A stretch of 64,000 bases of DNA from an uncultured Eubacteriales bacterium (GCA_964627665.1 CAZVKG010000011.1:7144-71143), one strand, 5' to 3'; shown: positions 18,909 through 30,219, numbered from the stretch's first letter. The notes: generated by a model not told the origin, from the letters alone. Translations and numbers: made by a program.

Positions 18909-21012
18909 TCTTTTTTTGTAAAATTTCTGCAAAAGGATTGTTAAATGGTTCTTGCTTTTGTTCATTTTTCTTGATAAAGCGTTGTACTTCCTGCTTTGAC
19001 ATGGCTTTACTGTTTTTTTCTTTACGTTGATTAAAAGCCGCTAATTTTTCCTTATATCCACAACGACAAACAAAGGTCTCATTTCCTTTTTCCCCAACAA
19101 GGTCCATTTTTTTACGACACTGCGGACATCTTGCATTGGTCGTTTTGGCCAGATTTTTCTTGTAGCCGCAATCCCGATCCGGACAGACTAATTTTTTTCC
19201 ATATTTATTTTTAATGACAAGTAACTTTTTCCCACAGTTTGGACACGTCTCTGTTGACACATTTTCGTGCTTGAATTTTTTGTCACTGTTTTTGATTTCA
19301 CGAATGATTCCTTTCGTGAATGTATTGATGCCGTCAAGAAAGGTCTTTGCTTCTAGTTGTCCTTTTGCTATTTTTTCCAAATCACCTTCCCATTTTCCTG
19401 TTAAATCCTTGGACCGCATATCGTCCGGTACTAAATCCAATAGTTGCCGTCCCGTCTTTGTCGTTCGCAAAAACTTGCCTTGATGGTCTACATAAAAATT
19501 ACTGATGATTTTTTCAATAATATCACTTCGTGTAGCTACTGTACCAAGACCTGCACTTTCCATCTCATGCAGCAAGTCTCCTTCTGTTAAAAATGACGGA
19601 GCCTGTGTTTTCCCTTCACTGAGTTCAATACCATACTCGCTTATAGTCTGTCCTTCTTTTCGTTCAATCATTTGACTATTTTTTTGTAAGGATACATTCT
19701 GTAGTTTTTTCCAACCAAGTTCTAAATCCGTCTGTGTTTTACCCACAAAAAGGTCCTCACCGATTTTTAATGTGAGTTCAACTTCCATATATTCGTAAGG
19801 AGGCATCAAAACAGCTAGAAACTTTTCAGCAACGAGATTATATATCTTTGTCTCATGGTTATTAAAGGCCGTGTAATTGGGACGTTCTTCTGTCGGAATA
19901 ATGGCATGGTGGTCGCCAACTTTTTGATTATCGACAAAGGAGGACTTCCCTTGAATAGATCCTCGCATGATTTCTTTGCAAGCCTCTTTATAACTTGTGT
20001 GTCTTAATGCTGCAACCCGTTCTTCTAAGGTCCCTACGATGTCTTTGGTTAAATACTTTGAGTCTGTTCGCGGATAGGTCAGGACTTTATGCTTTTCATA
20101 GAGACTTTGCATGGCGTTAAGTGTCTCTTTTGCGGACATATCATAGATGCGGTTTGCATCACGTTGGAGCAAGGTCAAGTCATATAGTCCGCTGGCATAG
20201 GATTTTTTATGTTTTTTATTTATACTGATGATCTTCGCATCATTTCCTTTGCAGCGTTTTTGTACTTCTTCCGCTTCACTGCGATTAAAGATTCGACTTT
20301 GTTTTGTCTTAGGATCAATCCGGCGACAATGAAGGCCATCGATCTCCACTTGAACTTCGTAAAAGCTACCGGGAACAAAAGCTTTAATTTGTTCCTCCCG
20401 CTGAAAAACCAAGTCCAATGCAGGCGTTTGAACCCGACCAAGGGATAAGCTGGCATTGTGCTTCATCGATAAGGCACGGGTTCCGTTAAGACCAACAATC
20501 CAATCGGCTTTTGCTCGAGTCTCAGCTGCTTGATATAGATTGTCATAGCGGTGACCGTCAACGAGATTTTTAAAACCATCTTTAATGGCTTTGTCTGTCA
20601 CCGAAGAAATCCATAACCGCTTAATGGGCTTTTTAATATGGGCAAAATCAATCATCCAACGGGCCACAAGCTCACCTTCACGTCCTGCGTCGGTTGCAAT
20701 AATAATCGTTTTTACATCACTGCGTTCCATTAATTTTTTTACTGTGTAATACTGTTTTTTTGTCTGGTTGATCACTTCTAACTTAAATGGATTGGGTATG
20801 ACCGGTAAACGGTCCATGGTCCATTCTTCAAAGGGAATTCCGTATTTTTCCGGTGACGCCAGTGTTACCAAGTGGCCTAGTGCCCACGTTACAATGTAGC
20901 TATCATTTTCATAATATTTGCCGCCTTTACTATGGCAGCCCAAGACCCCGGCGATATTTCTACCTACCGAGGGTTTTTCTGCAAATACAAGTGCTTTACT
21001 CATTATTTCCAT
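18895..21012 (-). CDS. topB: DNA topoisomerase III
   Basis: TOPRIM AEKPSV, ATDAGREGE, SLGRVQTP, catalytic TYPRTDS, GLGTVATR, C-terminal zinc ribbons. Alternative start at 21003. Confidence 0.95.
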   Translation of the reverse strand: MEIMSKALVFAEKPSVGRNIAGVLGCHSKGGKYYENDSYIVTWALGHLVTLASPEKYGIPFEEWTMDRLPVIPNPFKLEVINQTKKQYYTVKKLMERSDVKTIIIATDAGREGELVARWMIDFAHIKKPIKRLWISSVTDKAIKDGFKNLVDGHRYDNLYQAAETRAKADWIVGLNGTRALSMKHNASLSLGRVQTPALDLVFQREEQIKAFVPGSFYEVQVEIDGLHCRRIDPKTKQSRIFNRSEAEEVQKRCKGNDAKIISINKKHKKSYASGLYDLTLLQRDANRIYDMSAKETLNAMQSLYEKHKVLTYPRTDSKYLTKDIVGTLEERVAALRHTSYKEACKEIMRGSIQGKSSFVDNQKVGDHHAIIPTEERPNYTAFNNHETKIYNLVAEKFLAVLMPPYEYMEVELTLKIGEDLFVGKTQTDLELGWKKLQNVSLQKNSQMIERKEGQTISEYGIELSEGKTQAPSFLTEGDLLHEMESAGLGTVATRSDIIEKIISNFYVDHQGKFLRTTKTGRQLLDLVPDDMRSKDLTGKWEGDLEKIAKGQLEAKTFLDGINTFTKGIIREIKNSDKKFKHENVSTETCPNCGKKLLVIKNKYGKKLVCPDRDCGYKKNLAKTTNARCPQCRKKMDLVGEKGNETFVCRCGYKEKLAAFNQRKEKNSKAMSKQEVQRFIKKNEQKQEPFNNPFAEILQKKIDKD

Positions 21013-21017
21013 CCCAA

Positions 21018-24000
21018 CTATGCATGTTTATGTGCATTTCTTTTGGCTAGTCGTTGTTCCTGTTTCCGGTTTCTATTTGACACGAATTTCATATGTCTAT
21101 TATCAAATATTGTATACACAACCGGAATAAAAATCAAGGTTAATACGGAAGATAGTAATAAACCGAAGATAACAACCGTACCCATGGATGCTTGAAGTTC
21201 TGCACCTTCACCACTTCCTAATGATAATGGGACCAAGCCTAAAATTGTTGTTAAGGATGTCATCATAATCGGACGCAAACGGATGGGACCCGCATTAAGA
21301 ATAGCTTCTTCACGACTTTCACCGTGACTACGGCGGGTATTAATATAGTCAATCAGCACGATGGCGTTATTAACCACAATACCGGATAACATAATCAAGC
21401 CGATAATCGACGTAATATTTAAGGTTCTGCCTGTAATAAACAGACCTAAGAGACCACCTGCAAATGCCAGGGGTGTTGACATCATAATGATAAAGGGCAT
21501 GAGTAAGGATTCAAATTGAGCGGCAATAATCATATACACCAGAATTACAGCTAAGATTAAGGCAAGCCCTAAATCTCCAAACGCTTCAACCATTTCCTGG
21601 TTTTGACCACCAAATTCAACAAGGTATTCACTTGAAAGATTCAATGCATTCACACGCTCTTCTATATCTGCTGAAACCGAGGCTAAATCTCGACCATAAA
21701 TATCTGCTGATATGGTAATATACCGAGCTTGATCGCTTCGGTTAATAGCAATCGCACTGACTTCTTCCGATATATCTGCAATCATTCCTAAGGGAACCGT
21801 TCCGCCCCTAGGTGAACTAATCTCAAGTTGCTTCAAGTTTTCAATACTTTCACCATAGCGATTATCACCTTCAATAACTACATCTAGCTCTTCACCTTCA
21901 AGTTTATATCGTGTTGCTACACGTCCATCGAGCATGGCTTTAACCGCATTCGACACTTGCGCCGTCGTCAGTCCAAATCGCGCTGCATCATTATCACGAA
22001 GTCGAATTGCAACCTGTGTAATCGGATCTTCCATGCTACTTGATGCATTTCTTGTTCCTTCGACGTCTTTAATTTCCTGAACAATTTGATCGCCGACATT
22101 TTTTAAGCCATCTAAATCGTCCCCTTTAACTTGTATAGAAACCGCACTACCTCCGGTCATCATTCCCATTGAGCTTTGTGCTTGTACCGTGATGATTGCT
22201 CCCGGAATATCTGCAACACGTTTTTCGACCTCATTTACAACGTCAAACACACTGACGGCACGGTCGGACAAGGGTACCAAAACACCATTAATTGTTCCTA
22301 CATTATTATCCGAACCCAAGAAATTATTCCCGGACGTTGTTGAAAACACATATTCAAGGCTTTCAATATCCATGATTTTGTCAATCACTTCCATCATGAC
22401 AGCATCTGTTTCTTCAACTTTAGCTCCGGCTTCAAGTTCAACCCCAATCGTAAAGGTTCCTTCATCCGACTCCGGAATAAACTCCATCCCAATAAATGTT
22501 ATGGAAATAATACTAGTAATAAATGTAATAACAGCAATCATAACAACTGTTTTCTTATGTTTTAAAGACCATCCCAGTAAAGAACGATACTTTTCTTCTA
22601 AACCTTTATAAACCTTATCGGATTGGTCTAAAATCGCTCCAATAATAGGAAATCGCGTTTCATGATGTTTTCCCTCGAATTCATCAATGACTAAAAGTTT
22701 GGAAGCCAACATCGGAATGAGGGTCAATGCAACAACAAGGGATGAGACCAGTGAAAAAGTCACCGTCAATGCAAATTCCCGGAACATAATTGAAGTGATT
22801 CCTTCAACGAAAACCATAGGTAAAAATACCGCAATTGTTGTTAATGTCGATGCCGTTACAGCCATAGCTACTTCTGCTGCACCTTTTATGGCCGCTTCTT
22901 TTTTCTCAAAGCCATCTTGAACAAATCGATAGATGTTCTCAAGAACAACAACGGAGTTATCCACAAGCATACCAATTCCCAGTGCTAGACCCCCCAGTGT
23001 CATAATATTTAAGGTGATTCCCGCAAAATAAAGCAAAATTCCTGTTGCAATAACAGATATTGGCATGGATAAACCAATAATTAAGGTACTTCGGATACTT
23101 CGCAAGAAAATCAACAAAATAATAATGGCTAAAATACCACCAATAATTGCATTTTGCCCAACCTGACTAATGGTATCTTTAATATACTCTGACTGGTCCA
23201 GAATAACTTTTAATTCATACGGACTTGAGTTATCCAACTTCTGAATTTCTTCAAGAACATCATTTGCAACCGCAACCGTATTAACACCTGACTGCTTTTG
23301 CACAGCCACACTTACAGCTTCTTCACCATTCACTTTCGTAATAGATGACATCTCTTCTTGGGCCATATTCACATTGGCAACATCCGAGAGTCGAACAATA
23401 CCCCCTGTAGCTGTTGTCAGTGGTATATTTTGAATTTCCTGAACACTTTCAAATTCTCCGACAGTTCTTATTAAAAAGCTTTTATCGCCTTTACTCACAG
23501 TCCCTGCAGGCAAATTAATATTTTCTGCCGCCAATATATTGGCGAGGGTATCGATGGTAAGACCATAGGCATTCATTTTTTGGGTATCGACTTTAACGGA
23601 CACATACTCACTAAATCCACCGGACACACTTACAGAAGCAACACCTTGCACACGTTCAATTGCCGGTTTAACCACATCGTCTGCATAGTTTTGTAGTGTT
23701 GCTACATCTGCGCCTGACACCGACATTTGTATAACCGCTTGTGAGTTCACATCAATCTGCATAACCATTGGATCCGAAGCTCCATCCGGCAACATGCCTT
23801 TAACCAAATCCACTTTTTCACGGATATCAAGTGCTGCAAAATCCATATCTGTACCATACTTAAACTGAATAATAACAATCGAGGAACCTTCCATGGTCAT
23901 CGACTGAATCGTATCGATATTTGATACCGTTCCAACCGCTTCTTCAATTGGACGTGTTACCAAGGTTTCGATTTCCTCCGGTCCTACGTTTGAATAAGAT

Positions 24001-24146
24001 GTACTTACAATCGCTACCGGTATTTCAATATTCGGAAAGAGGTCAATCGGCAATCGTGTCGCTGAAACCAGCCCGAACAAAACAATGATAAGAATAAACA
24101 TGACCGTCGTTACCGGTCGTTTTACGGATAAAGATGAAACATTCAT
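21018..24146 (-). CDS. RND efflux permease (AcrB/SwrC family)
   Basis: 1042 aa; LPIDLFP, GMLVDNSVVVLENI, GIVVNNAIVLID, RLRPIMMT. Confidence 0.96.
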   Translation of the reverse strand: MNVSSLSVKRPVTTVMFILIIVLFGLVSATRLPIDLFPNIEIPVAIVSTSYSNVGPEEIETLVTRPIEEAVGTVSNIDTIQSMTMEGSSIVIIQFKYGTDMDFAALDIREKVDLVKGMLPDGASDPMVMQIDVNSQAVIQMSVSGADVATLQNYADDVVKPAIERVQGVASVSVSGGFSEYVSVKVDTQKMNAYGLTIDTLANILAAENINLPAGTVSKGDKSFLIRTVGEFESVQEIQNIPLTTATGGIVRLSDVANVNMAQEEMSSITKVNGEEAVSVAVQKQSGVNTVAVANDVLEEIQKLDNSSPYELKVILDQSEYIKDTISQVGQNAIIGGILAIIILLIFLRSIRSTLIIGLSMPISVIATGILLYFAGITLNIMTLGGLALGIGMLVDNSVVVLENIYRFVQDGFEKKEAAIKGAAEVAMAVTASTLTTIAVFLPMVFVEGITSIMFREFALTVTFSLVSSLVVALTLIPMLASKLLVIDEFEGKHHETRFPIIGAILDQSDKVYKGLEEKYRSLLGWSLKHKKTVVMIAVITFITSIISITFIGMEFIPESDEGTFTIGVELEAGAKVEETDAVMMEVIDKIMDIESLEYVFSTTSGNNFLGSDNNVGTINGVLVPLSDRAVSVFDVVNEVEKRVADIPGAIITVQAQSSMGMMTGGSAVSIQVKGDDLDGLKNVGDQIVQEIKDVEGTRNASSSMEDPITQVAIRLRDNDAARFGLTTAQVSNAVKAMLDGRVATRYKLEGEELDVVIEGDNRYGESIENLKQLEISSPRGGTVPLGMIADISEEVSAIAINRSDQARYITISADIYGRDLASVSADIEERVNALNLSSEYLVEFGGQNQEMVEAFGDLGLALILAVILVYMIIAAQFESLLMPFIIMMSTPLAFAGGLLGLFITGRTLNITSIIGLIMLSGIVVNNAIVLIDYINTRRSHGESREEAILNAGPIRLRPIMMTSLTTILGLVPLSLGSGEGAELQASMGTVVIFGLLLSSVLTLIFIPVVYTIFDNRHMKFVSNRNRKQEQRLAKRNAHKHA

Positions 24147-25444
24147 TATTCATTCCCCCTTATCACGTTGAGCTCTGTCTCTTCATTAATCAGTCCTGCT
24201 CCTTTTGTGATGACCACATCTCCTTCTGATAAGCCTTTAATAATCTCAACCTTATATCCTGTATCCATTCCAATCTCAACATCAACAGGCTCTGCTTTAT
24301 TTTCACTCACAACTCGATAAACGATATAGCCACCATTGTGGGGCAATACTGCCTCTGATGGTATCGTTACAGCTGAAATGCTCTGTTCATTAATCACTTG
24401 AATGGTCGCAAACATTCCCGGTCGAATACGCGCATCTGCATTATCGATGATGACCTCAATGGGATATAATCGTGTAGCACTATCGGCTGATAATGATGCC
24501 GTTGTCACCTCACCTATAAAGGGCTCTTCAAAAGAGCCAATCATCACTTGAAGTTGATCGCCCTTATTAATTTTACGAATTGTCTCCGGTGTCACTGAAG
24601 CTGTCACCTTTATTTGTCCAAGATCTTCAATAACAATTGCCGCTTGTTGATTGGATGCCATGGCATTTTCGGTTAAATTTAATGCTGTCACATATCCGGA
24701 GATTGGTGCGGTCACTTCAAGGTCATTTAATGTTTCTAGGGCTATCTCATAACCTTCTCTCGCCATATCAATTCCGACAGAAGCTTGTGCATAAGAGGCA
24801 CTCGCTTGATTAGCGCCTAGTCGAGCCTGATTTAATGCTTGTTCCGCTTGCTCTAATTGCTTTTTTAAAATGGTTAGTGACTCCGGAGAGGCTTGCAATC
24901 GTATTTGTTCATATTCAACTTCTGAAATAATACCTTGATCATATAATTCTTTATTTTTTTCTAAATTATCCACAGAAAACTCATAGTTTTCCAGGCTCAT
25001 CTCATAGTTACTTTTGGCAAGTTCATATGCAAGTTCCGCGGATTTAATACTTCCCTGCGCACTACTAATACCTACACCTGCCTGATTGGCTGATGCTTGT
25101 GCTTGATTGACAGATAACTGTGCTTGCGTTACTTGATTCTCAATATCACTTGGATCAAGACTAAACAAGACTTGACCTTCTTCAACGTAATCTCCCACCG
25201 CAATGTGAATATTATCTACATCCGCCGGTACCGGAGCCATTACAGGTACACTCGATTTTGCATAAGTACTGCCAATAAGCTCTATATAGGTTTCAACCGT
25301 TTCAATCCTTGCTGCCTCACCTTCAACAGTCACTGTTTTTACTAATGCTTCATCGCTATTTTCTTCATTCTTTGGTATGATTCTGGGAATCACTATGGCA
25401 CTAATTATGCCCAATACAATCAATATAGTTATTAATTTCTTCAT
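24146..25444 (-). CDS. RND efflux membrane-fusion (periplasmic adaptor) protein
   Basis: N-terminal TM, lipoyl half-motifs (VGDYVEEGQVL; VTAPISG), long coiled coil, IRPGMFA. Start at ATG 25444 after AGGAGG. Confidence 0.92.
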   Translation of the reverse strand: MKKLITILIVLGIISAIVIPRIIPKNEENSDEALVKTVTVEGEAARIETVETYIELIGSTYAKSSVPVMAPVPADVDNIHIAVGDYVEEGQVLFSLDPSDIENQVTQAQLSVNQAQASANQAGVGISSAQGSIKSAELAYELAKSNYEMSLENYEFSVDNLEKNKELYDQGIISEVEYEQIRLQASPESLTILKKQLEQAEQALNQARLGANQASASYAQASVGIDMAREGYEIALETLNDLEVTAPISGYVTALNLTENAMASNQQAAIVIEDLGQIKVTASVTPETIRKINKGDQLQVMIGSFEEPFIGEVTTASLSADSATRLYPIEVIIDNADARIRPGMFATIQVINEQSISAVTIPSEAVLPHNGGYIVYRVVSENKAEPVDVEIGMDTGYKVEIIKGLSEGDVVITKGAGLINEETELNVIRGNE

Positions 25445-26078
25445 CGTTAATCCTCCTAAATGTTTCATTATTATCTCGCATATCACGTAGTGTACGTATA
25501 ATACTTTTAATATTTAATTCTAATAGCTGCAACATATTTTTCATAAATGTATAATCATCTCCGGATTCTTCTAGAATGACGAGTATACTCTCCACTAAAG
25601 CTGCTGATGTTGCCTTCAAATAAATTTTCTGGTCAATAAGATCACCTAAATCTCCAAATTCTTTCTCGAGTAAAATCTCCCCTTGTTTATATAGGTGGTC
25701 AATAAAATCATCTTTTACATTCTCATACCCTGTCCCTTGACTCCGTAAAAAAAGCAAAAACAATTCTTCTCGATAAATCACATGTGCATTGATTAAAGTG
25801 TCCATGATCTCTTTATTCAATAAAACATTAATATCTAAAAAGGGGAAATCAAAGTCTTTCATGGGTTTCTTTTTCTTTTCAAACAATTCTACCACCGGTC
25901 GAACCAATTCATTAAACAAACTCTCTTTATTTGGATAATAACGATATAGATTCCCCGTTGATAGTTTTGCTTCACGACTAATCTCGCGCATCGACGTTTT
26001 CATATATCCCGATACCAAAAAGCACTTCATAGCTGCTTGTTTAATGCTATCTCGAACTTCATCTTTCAAGACTTGCAT
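25401..26078 (-). CDS. TetR/AcrR-family transcriptional regulator
   Basis: GYMKTSMREISREAKLSTGNLYRYYPNKESLF HTH; directly upstream of the RND genes. Confidence 0.93.
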   Translation of the reverse strand: MQVLKDEVRDSIKQAAMKCFLVSGYMKTSMREISREAKLSTGNLYRYYPNKESLFNELVRPVVELFEKKKKPMKDFDFPFLDINVLLNKEIMDTLINAHVIYREELFLLFLRSQGTGYENVKDDFIDHLYKQGEILLEKEFGDLGDLIDQKIYLKATSAALVESILVILEESGDDYTFMKNMLQLLELNIKSIIRTLRDMRDNNETFRRINDEEINNYIDCIGHN

Positions 26079-26192
26079 ACAATAGTAAACCTCCGTTCAT
26101 TATTCATCGTTACTTTAGTTTACCACCGCAACTAGATGAATTCAATTAAAACTTTATTAAATATTGGTTAAGATGTCAAAATCATATAAATT

Positions 26193-26216
26193 AAAAAAAA
26201 GCGGCTTAGCCACTTT
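26193..26216 (-). terminator. Intrinsic terminator after the DUF2721 gene
   Basis: Minus strand AAAGTGGC-taa-GCCGCTTT followed by a T run. Confidence 0.65.
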
Positions 26217-26219
26217 CAT

Positions 26220-26639
26220 TTAAACCTTCTTATTTGAAATTTTCCACTGATTTTCATCTTCATCTAACTGTAATGATAGTGCATTTACCGAATGATATAT
26301 TTCCAACATCGCTACACTCAGTGATGCTGAAATAAAAATCAAACTTGATGCAAACATATATGTTGCAATCATTTCAATGTTTAAGAGACTAAGAAATATG
26401 CTGATAACATTAATTAGAAAACCAAAAATAGCTAAAATTTGCATATTGCGAATATAAGTTAGGCGTTTATGCATAACGCTGATTTGTCGGTAAATCACTT
26501 GACTCGATTCACTTAAATATTCTTCATGCAATGATCTCACTCGCTTAGATATAGCTATAAATCGGTTGGTATAAGCTAACATAAGTACAGATAAAGCCGG
26601 AAAAACAATTGCCGGTGTTGATATATCAATAGGTTCCAT
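26220..26639 (-). CDS. DUF2721-family membrane protein
   Basis: TPAIVFPALSVLMLAYTNRF motif, three TM helices. Start at ATG 26639 after AAGGAGGT. Confidence 0.8.
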   Translation of the reverse strand: MEPIDISTPAIVFPALSVLMLAYTNRFIAISKRVRSLHEEYLSESSQVIYRQISVMHKRLTYIRNMQILAIFGFLINVISIFLSLLNIEMIATYMFASSLIFISASLSVAMLEIYHSVNALSLQLDEDENQWKISNKKV

Positions 26640-26708
26640 ATGCCTACCTCCTTCATCTTTCCTACTTATTATATGTTTATTCCTTATAAAAAACAAGCCT
26701 TCCTTCTA

Positions 26709-26737
26709 TTGACGAACTTTATAATACAAATTATAAT
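26709..26737 (+). promoter_or_regulatory. SigmaA promoter of the folate operon
   Basis: TTGACG-N17-TATAAT. Confidence 0.75.
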
Positions 26738-26799
26738 GAAGCAAAGTAACTTTAGTGCAAAAATACTAAATCTCTCACATACAGAAAAAGGTGAATAAG

Positions 26800-27387
26800 A
26801 TGATTGATAAAAAAGCTATTGAGGAGCATGTTCGCGGTATTTTGATTGCTCTCGGTGATAATCCGGACCGAGAAGGATTGATTGATACTCCAAAACGTGT
26901 TGCAAATATGTATGCCGAAGTTTTTGACGGCATGAATTATACAAATGACGACATTGTAACTCTTCTTAATAAAACATTTGATGAAGATCTTGATTTTGAA
27001 GCCATGAGTAAAGATATGGTCGTTATGAAAGATATTGAACTCTTTTCCCATTGCGAACATCATCTAGCGCTTATGTACAACATGAAAGCAACCGTTGCCT
27101 ATATGCCAAAAGATAAAGTCATCGGATTAAGCAAAATCGCTCGCATTGTGGATATTGTTAGCCGGCGACTTCAGCTTCAGGAACGAATCGGTACCGATAT
27201 TGCACAAATCATGCAAAAAATCACTGCTTCACCCGATGTTGCCGTTATTATCAAAGGTGAGCATAGTTGTATGACCGCAAGAGGCATCAAAAAAGCCAGC
27301 GCCAAAACAATTACAACCACTTTTAAGGGGCGTTTTAACACCGATGAATCTCTGTATTTAAAGCTCATGTCGATTTATCAAAGCTAA
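26800..27387 (+). CDS. folE: GTP cyclohydrolase I
   Basis: [40 protein letters not shown]. Alternative GTG start at 26791. Confidence 0.96.
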   Translation: MIDKKAIEEHVRGILIALGDNPDREGLIDTPKRVANMYAEVFDGMNYTNDDIVTLLNKTFDEDLDFEAMSKDMVVMKDIELFSHCEHHLALMYNMKATVAYMPKDKVIGLSKIARIVDIVSRRLQLQERIGTDIAQIMQKITASPDVAVIIKGEHSCMTARGIKKASAKTITTTFKGRFNTDESLYLKLMSIYQS

Positions 27388-27407
27388 TTATAGTTTAGGA
27401 GTGTCTT

Positions 27408-27992
27408 ATGTTTTTAATGATTGATAATTATGACTCATTTGTTTACAATCTTGTCCGGTATATGGAAGAACTCAACGAAACCATTCAAGTCTATCGTAAT
27501 GACGAAATTACGATAGACTTTATTTATCAACTTCAACCCATCGGAATAATTTTATCTCCCGGTCCCATGGACCCAACCCAAACAGGCATCTCTCATGCTA
27601 TCATTCGAGAATTCGCTGATAAAATTCCAATTTTGGGCGTTTGTCTCGGACATCAAACCATAGCCCATGCATATGGCGCCTCCATTATAAAGGGTCAGCG
27701 TCCTATGCATGGTCAAGTCACCTCAATCAGTCACACTAATCGAGGTGTTTTTCAAAATCTTCCGCCTAAATATAAGGTTACAAGGTATCATTCCCTCATT
27801 ATTGACCCGGTCACATTACCTTCCGAATTCATCATAACCGCTCAGAGTGAAGATCATGTCATAATGGGTATTCGGCACATAAAGCATCTGGTTGAAGGCG
27901 TCCAGTTTCATCCGGAGGCTGTTCTTACAGAACACGGACATCCATTATTAACCAATTATATCACTTGGTGCAAGGAGGTGGCGGGCTTATGA
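27408..27992 (+). CDS. pabA: Aminodeoxychorismate synthase glutamine amidotransferase subunit
   Basis: IDNYDSF, SPGP, GVCLGHQ, RYHSL, QFHPE; folate operon context. Confidence 0.92.
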   Translation: MFLMIDNYDSFVYNLVRYMEELNETIQVYRNDEITIDFIYQLQPIGIILSPGPMDPTQTGISHAIIREFADKIPILGVCLGHQTIAHAYGASIIKGQRPMHGQVTSISHTNRGVFQNLPPKYKVTRYHSLIIDPVTLPSEFIITAQSEDHVIMGIRHIKHLVEGVQFHPEAVLTEHGHPLLTNYITWCKEVAGL

Positions 27993-29401
27993 CAAGCGTT
28001 TTTCTACGTTCTTTTCAAACAGAACTTGATCCATATATACTCTATAGCCAGATGAATCTACCAGACGACTCCATTTTTCTTGATAGTTCAAAAAAAGATT
28101 TTCTCTACAGTCATTATTCAATAATCGGTCTTAATCCTTTTTTGACAATTAAAGTCGAAAATGGCCAACTCTATGAGAAGATATATCCGAACACAGCTTT
28201 TTCCCTCCTAGCAAAAAAGAATGTGTTTGCATATCTAAACCGTCTTATTGCTGAACACCACATCGACAACACTACTTCTTATCCCTTTATTGGTGGCGGA
28301 ATCGGCTACTTTAGTTATGAACTGGGAAAAGCCCAGCAGCATATTGCTTCTAGCACACAAGATCTCTTTACCCTTCCGGAATGCTATTTTGTCTTCTATG
28401 ATAACGTTATTATTCTTGATATAAAAAAACAGGAGGGTTTAATTACCGGTTTAGGAAAAATCAAGCCGGGTGATTTGTCTACGCATGAAATTCAGGCACG
28501 CATCAACTCCATGGCATGGAAACCTTCTTCAGAATCATCTCCAGAATCCACTATAGCATCCCCCGTCTTTTCCTCAACCTTTACACGCCAAGCTTATATG
28601 AAAGCGATTGATCAAATGCGGGATTATATGGAAGATGGCCATATTTATGTTGCGAATATGACCCACACCTTTCACGGTCCATGTCATCAAGCAGCCTCTA
28701 CCGTCTACGAAAAGCTAAGAAGAATTAACCCTGCTCCTTTTTCGGCTTACTTGCCTTTAGATGGATTTCAGCTGTGCTGTTCTTCTCCTGAGCGGTTTAT
28801 TCAAATCCATAACAAACAGGTTCAAACCCGTCCCATTAAAGGGACCGTCCCACGAGGTGAAACCCATGCCTTAGATCAAAAAAATCGGAGACAGCTTGAA
28901 CAAAGCACCAAGGACAGAGCCGAACTTTTGATGATTGTTGATCTTGAGAGAAACGACTTAAGCCGGGTATGTCAACCCCATAGCGTTCAGGTACCTGAGC
29001 TTTTCAAGATTGAGAGTTTTTCCAGTGTTTACCATCTAGTCAGCACCGTTACCGGCTTGCTTAAAGACGGAAAAACAGCTGTCGATTGTTTAGAAGCCAC
29101 TTTTCCCGGTGGTTCCATCACCGGGGCTCCAAAAATTCGAGCCATGGAAATCATTGAAGAACTTGAAACGACCTCCAGACAGATCTACACCGGTTCTGTC
29201 GGATATTTTGGTTTTGATGGAAGTGCTGATTTTAACATTGTCATTCGAAGTATTTTAATGAAAAATGACCACGCATATATCGGCGTCGGTGGCGGCATTA
29301 CTTATGAATCTAATCCTGCAGCTGAATTTCAAGAAACGCTTGATAAAGCCAAAAATCTTTTTTCCGCCTTAAATGCAACTGTAAATATCGACGAATTTTA
29401 A
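27989..29401 (+). CDS. pabB: Aminodeoxychorismate synthase component I
   Basis: SSPERF, RPIKGT (PabB-type), MIVDLERND, FPGGSITGAPK. ATG overlaps the pabA stop (ATGA). Confidence 0.94.
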   Translation: MTSVFLRSFQTELDPYILYSQMNLPDDSIFLDSSKKDFLYSHYSIIGLNPFLTIKVENGQLYEKIYPNTAFSLLAKKNVFAYLNRLIAEHHIDNTTSYPFIGGGIGYFSYELGKAQQHIASSTQDLFTLPECYFVFYDNVIILDIKKQEGLITGLGKIKPGDLSTHEIQARINSMAWKPSSESSPESTIASPVFSSTFTRQAYMKAIDQMRDYMEDGHIYVANMTHTFHGPCHQAASTVYEKLRRINPAPFSAYLPLDGFQLCCSSPERFIQIHNKQVQTRPIKGTVPRGETHALDQKNRRQLEQSTKDRAELLMIVDLERNDLSRVCQPHSVQVPELFKIESFSSVYHLVSTVTGLLKDGKTAVDCLEATFPGGSITGAPKIRAMEIIEELETTSRQIYTGSVGYFGFDGSADFNIVIRSILMKNDHAYIGVGGGITYESNPAAEFQETLDKAKNLFSALNATVNIDEF

Positions 29402-29436
29402 AAAGAATGATATGATATGATTAATGGAGGTCAATT

Positions 29437-30216
29437 ATGCATATACCCACACTTGATGATGTGATTTTTATAGATATCCCCAATACGAATGCCCTTATAT
29501 ACTACGATGAAGGATATAGCTTCGGCATCAGTTTTTTTGAAACCATCTTAGTGACAGATCATGGGATTTTTTTAGACAAACATGTTCAACGTATTAATCG
29601 CAGTTTAGAGCTGTTTAATATTTCTCAGCGAATTTCCGTGGAATTAATCGAAAATATTATTCGTCACTATAAACTATCAACAACAGCATTGAAACTACAG
29701 GTATCCGAAAAAAACATCATTGCCTCTGTACGTGAGTTGACATATACGCCCGATTATTATCAAAGAGGTGCTCATGTGACCTTGTCAAAATTTGTTCGCT
29801 CCCGTCATAGTCCACTCATTCATCATAAATCCGCCAACTATGGAGATCTTATATTTGCATTGCGTCAAGCCAAACATGACGGATTTGACGATTGCCTTTT
29901 ACTCAATGAACAGGGGAATCTAACTGAAAGTTGTATCGCAAATCTTTTTATTCTAAAAGATGATGCAATCATCACTCCACCTCTAAGCGACGGTTTGTTA
30001 CCGGGCATTATACGCGATTACCTTATCCATTACTACACGATTATCGAACAGTCAATCACTCTGAATGATTTAATGCAATGCGACGGAGCTTTTCTTACCA
30101 ATAGTTTAATGGGCATTGTTCATGTTCATAAAGTGAACAACGCCACCCTTCCACTGCATCCTATGATAAAAAAAATGGCTCATCATTACTTCCAAATGGT
30201 TCAAAAGGAGTTATAA
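29437..30216 (+). CDS. pabC: 4-amino-4-deoxychorismate lyase (class IV PLP aminotransferase fold)
   Basis: FGISFFETI, HKSANY (PLP Lys), ESCIANLF, LLPGIIR, FLTNSLMG; operon context. Confidence 0.85.
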   Translation: MHIPTLDDVIFIDIPNTNALIYYDEGYSFGISFFETILVTDHGIFLDKHVQRINRSLELFNISQRISVELIENIIRHYKLSTTALKLQVSEKNIIASVRELTYTPDYYQRGAHVTLSKFVRSRHSPLIHHKSANYGDLIFALRQAKHDGFDDCLLLNEQGNLTESCIANLFILKDDAIITPPLSDGLLPGIIRDYLIHYYTIIEQSITLNDLMQCDGAFLTNSLMGIVHVHKVNNATLPLHPMIKKMAHHYFQMVQKEL

Positions 30217-30219
30217 TAT

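Noticed and set aside
26738-26799. THF or other riboswitch upstream of folE
   Set aside because: The leader after the promoter is only about 55 nt and unstructured.
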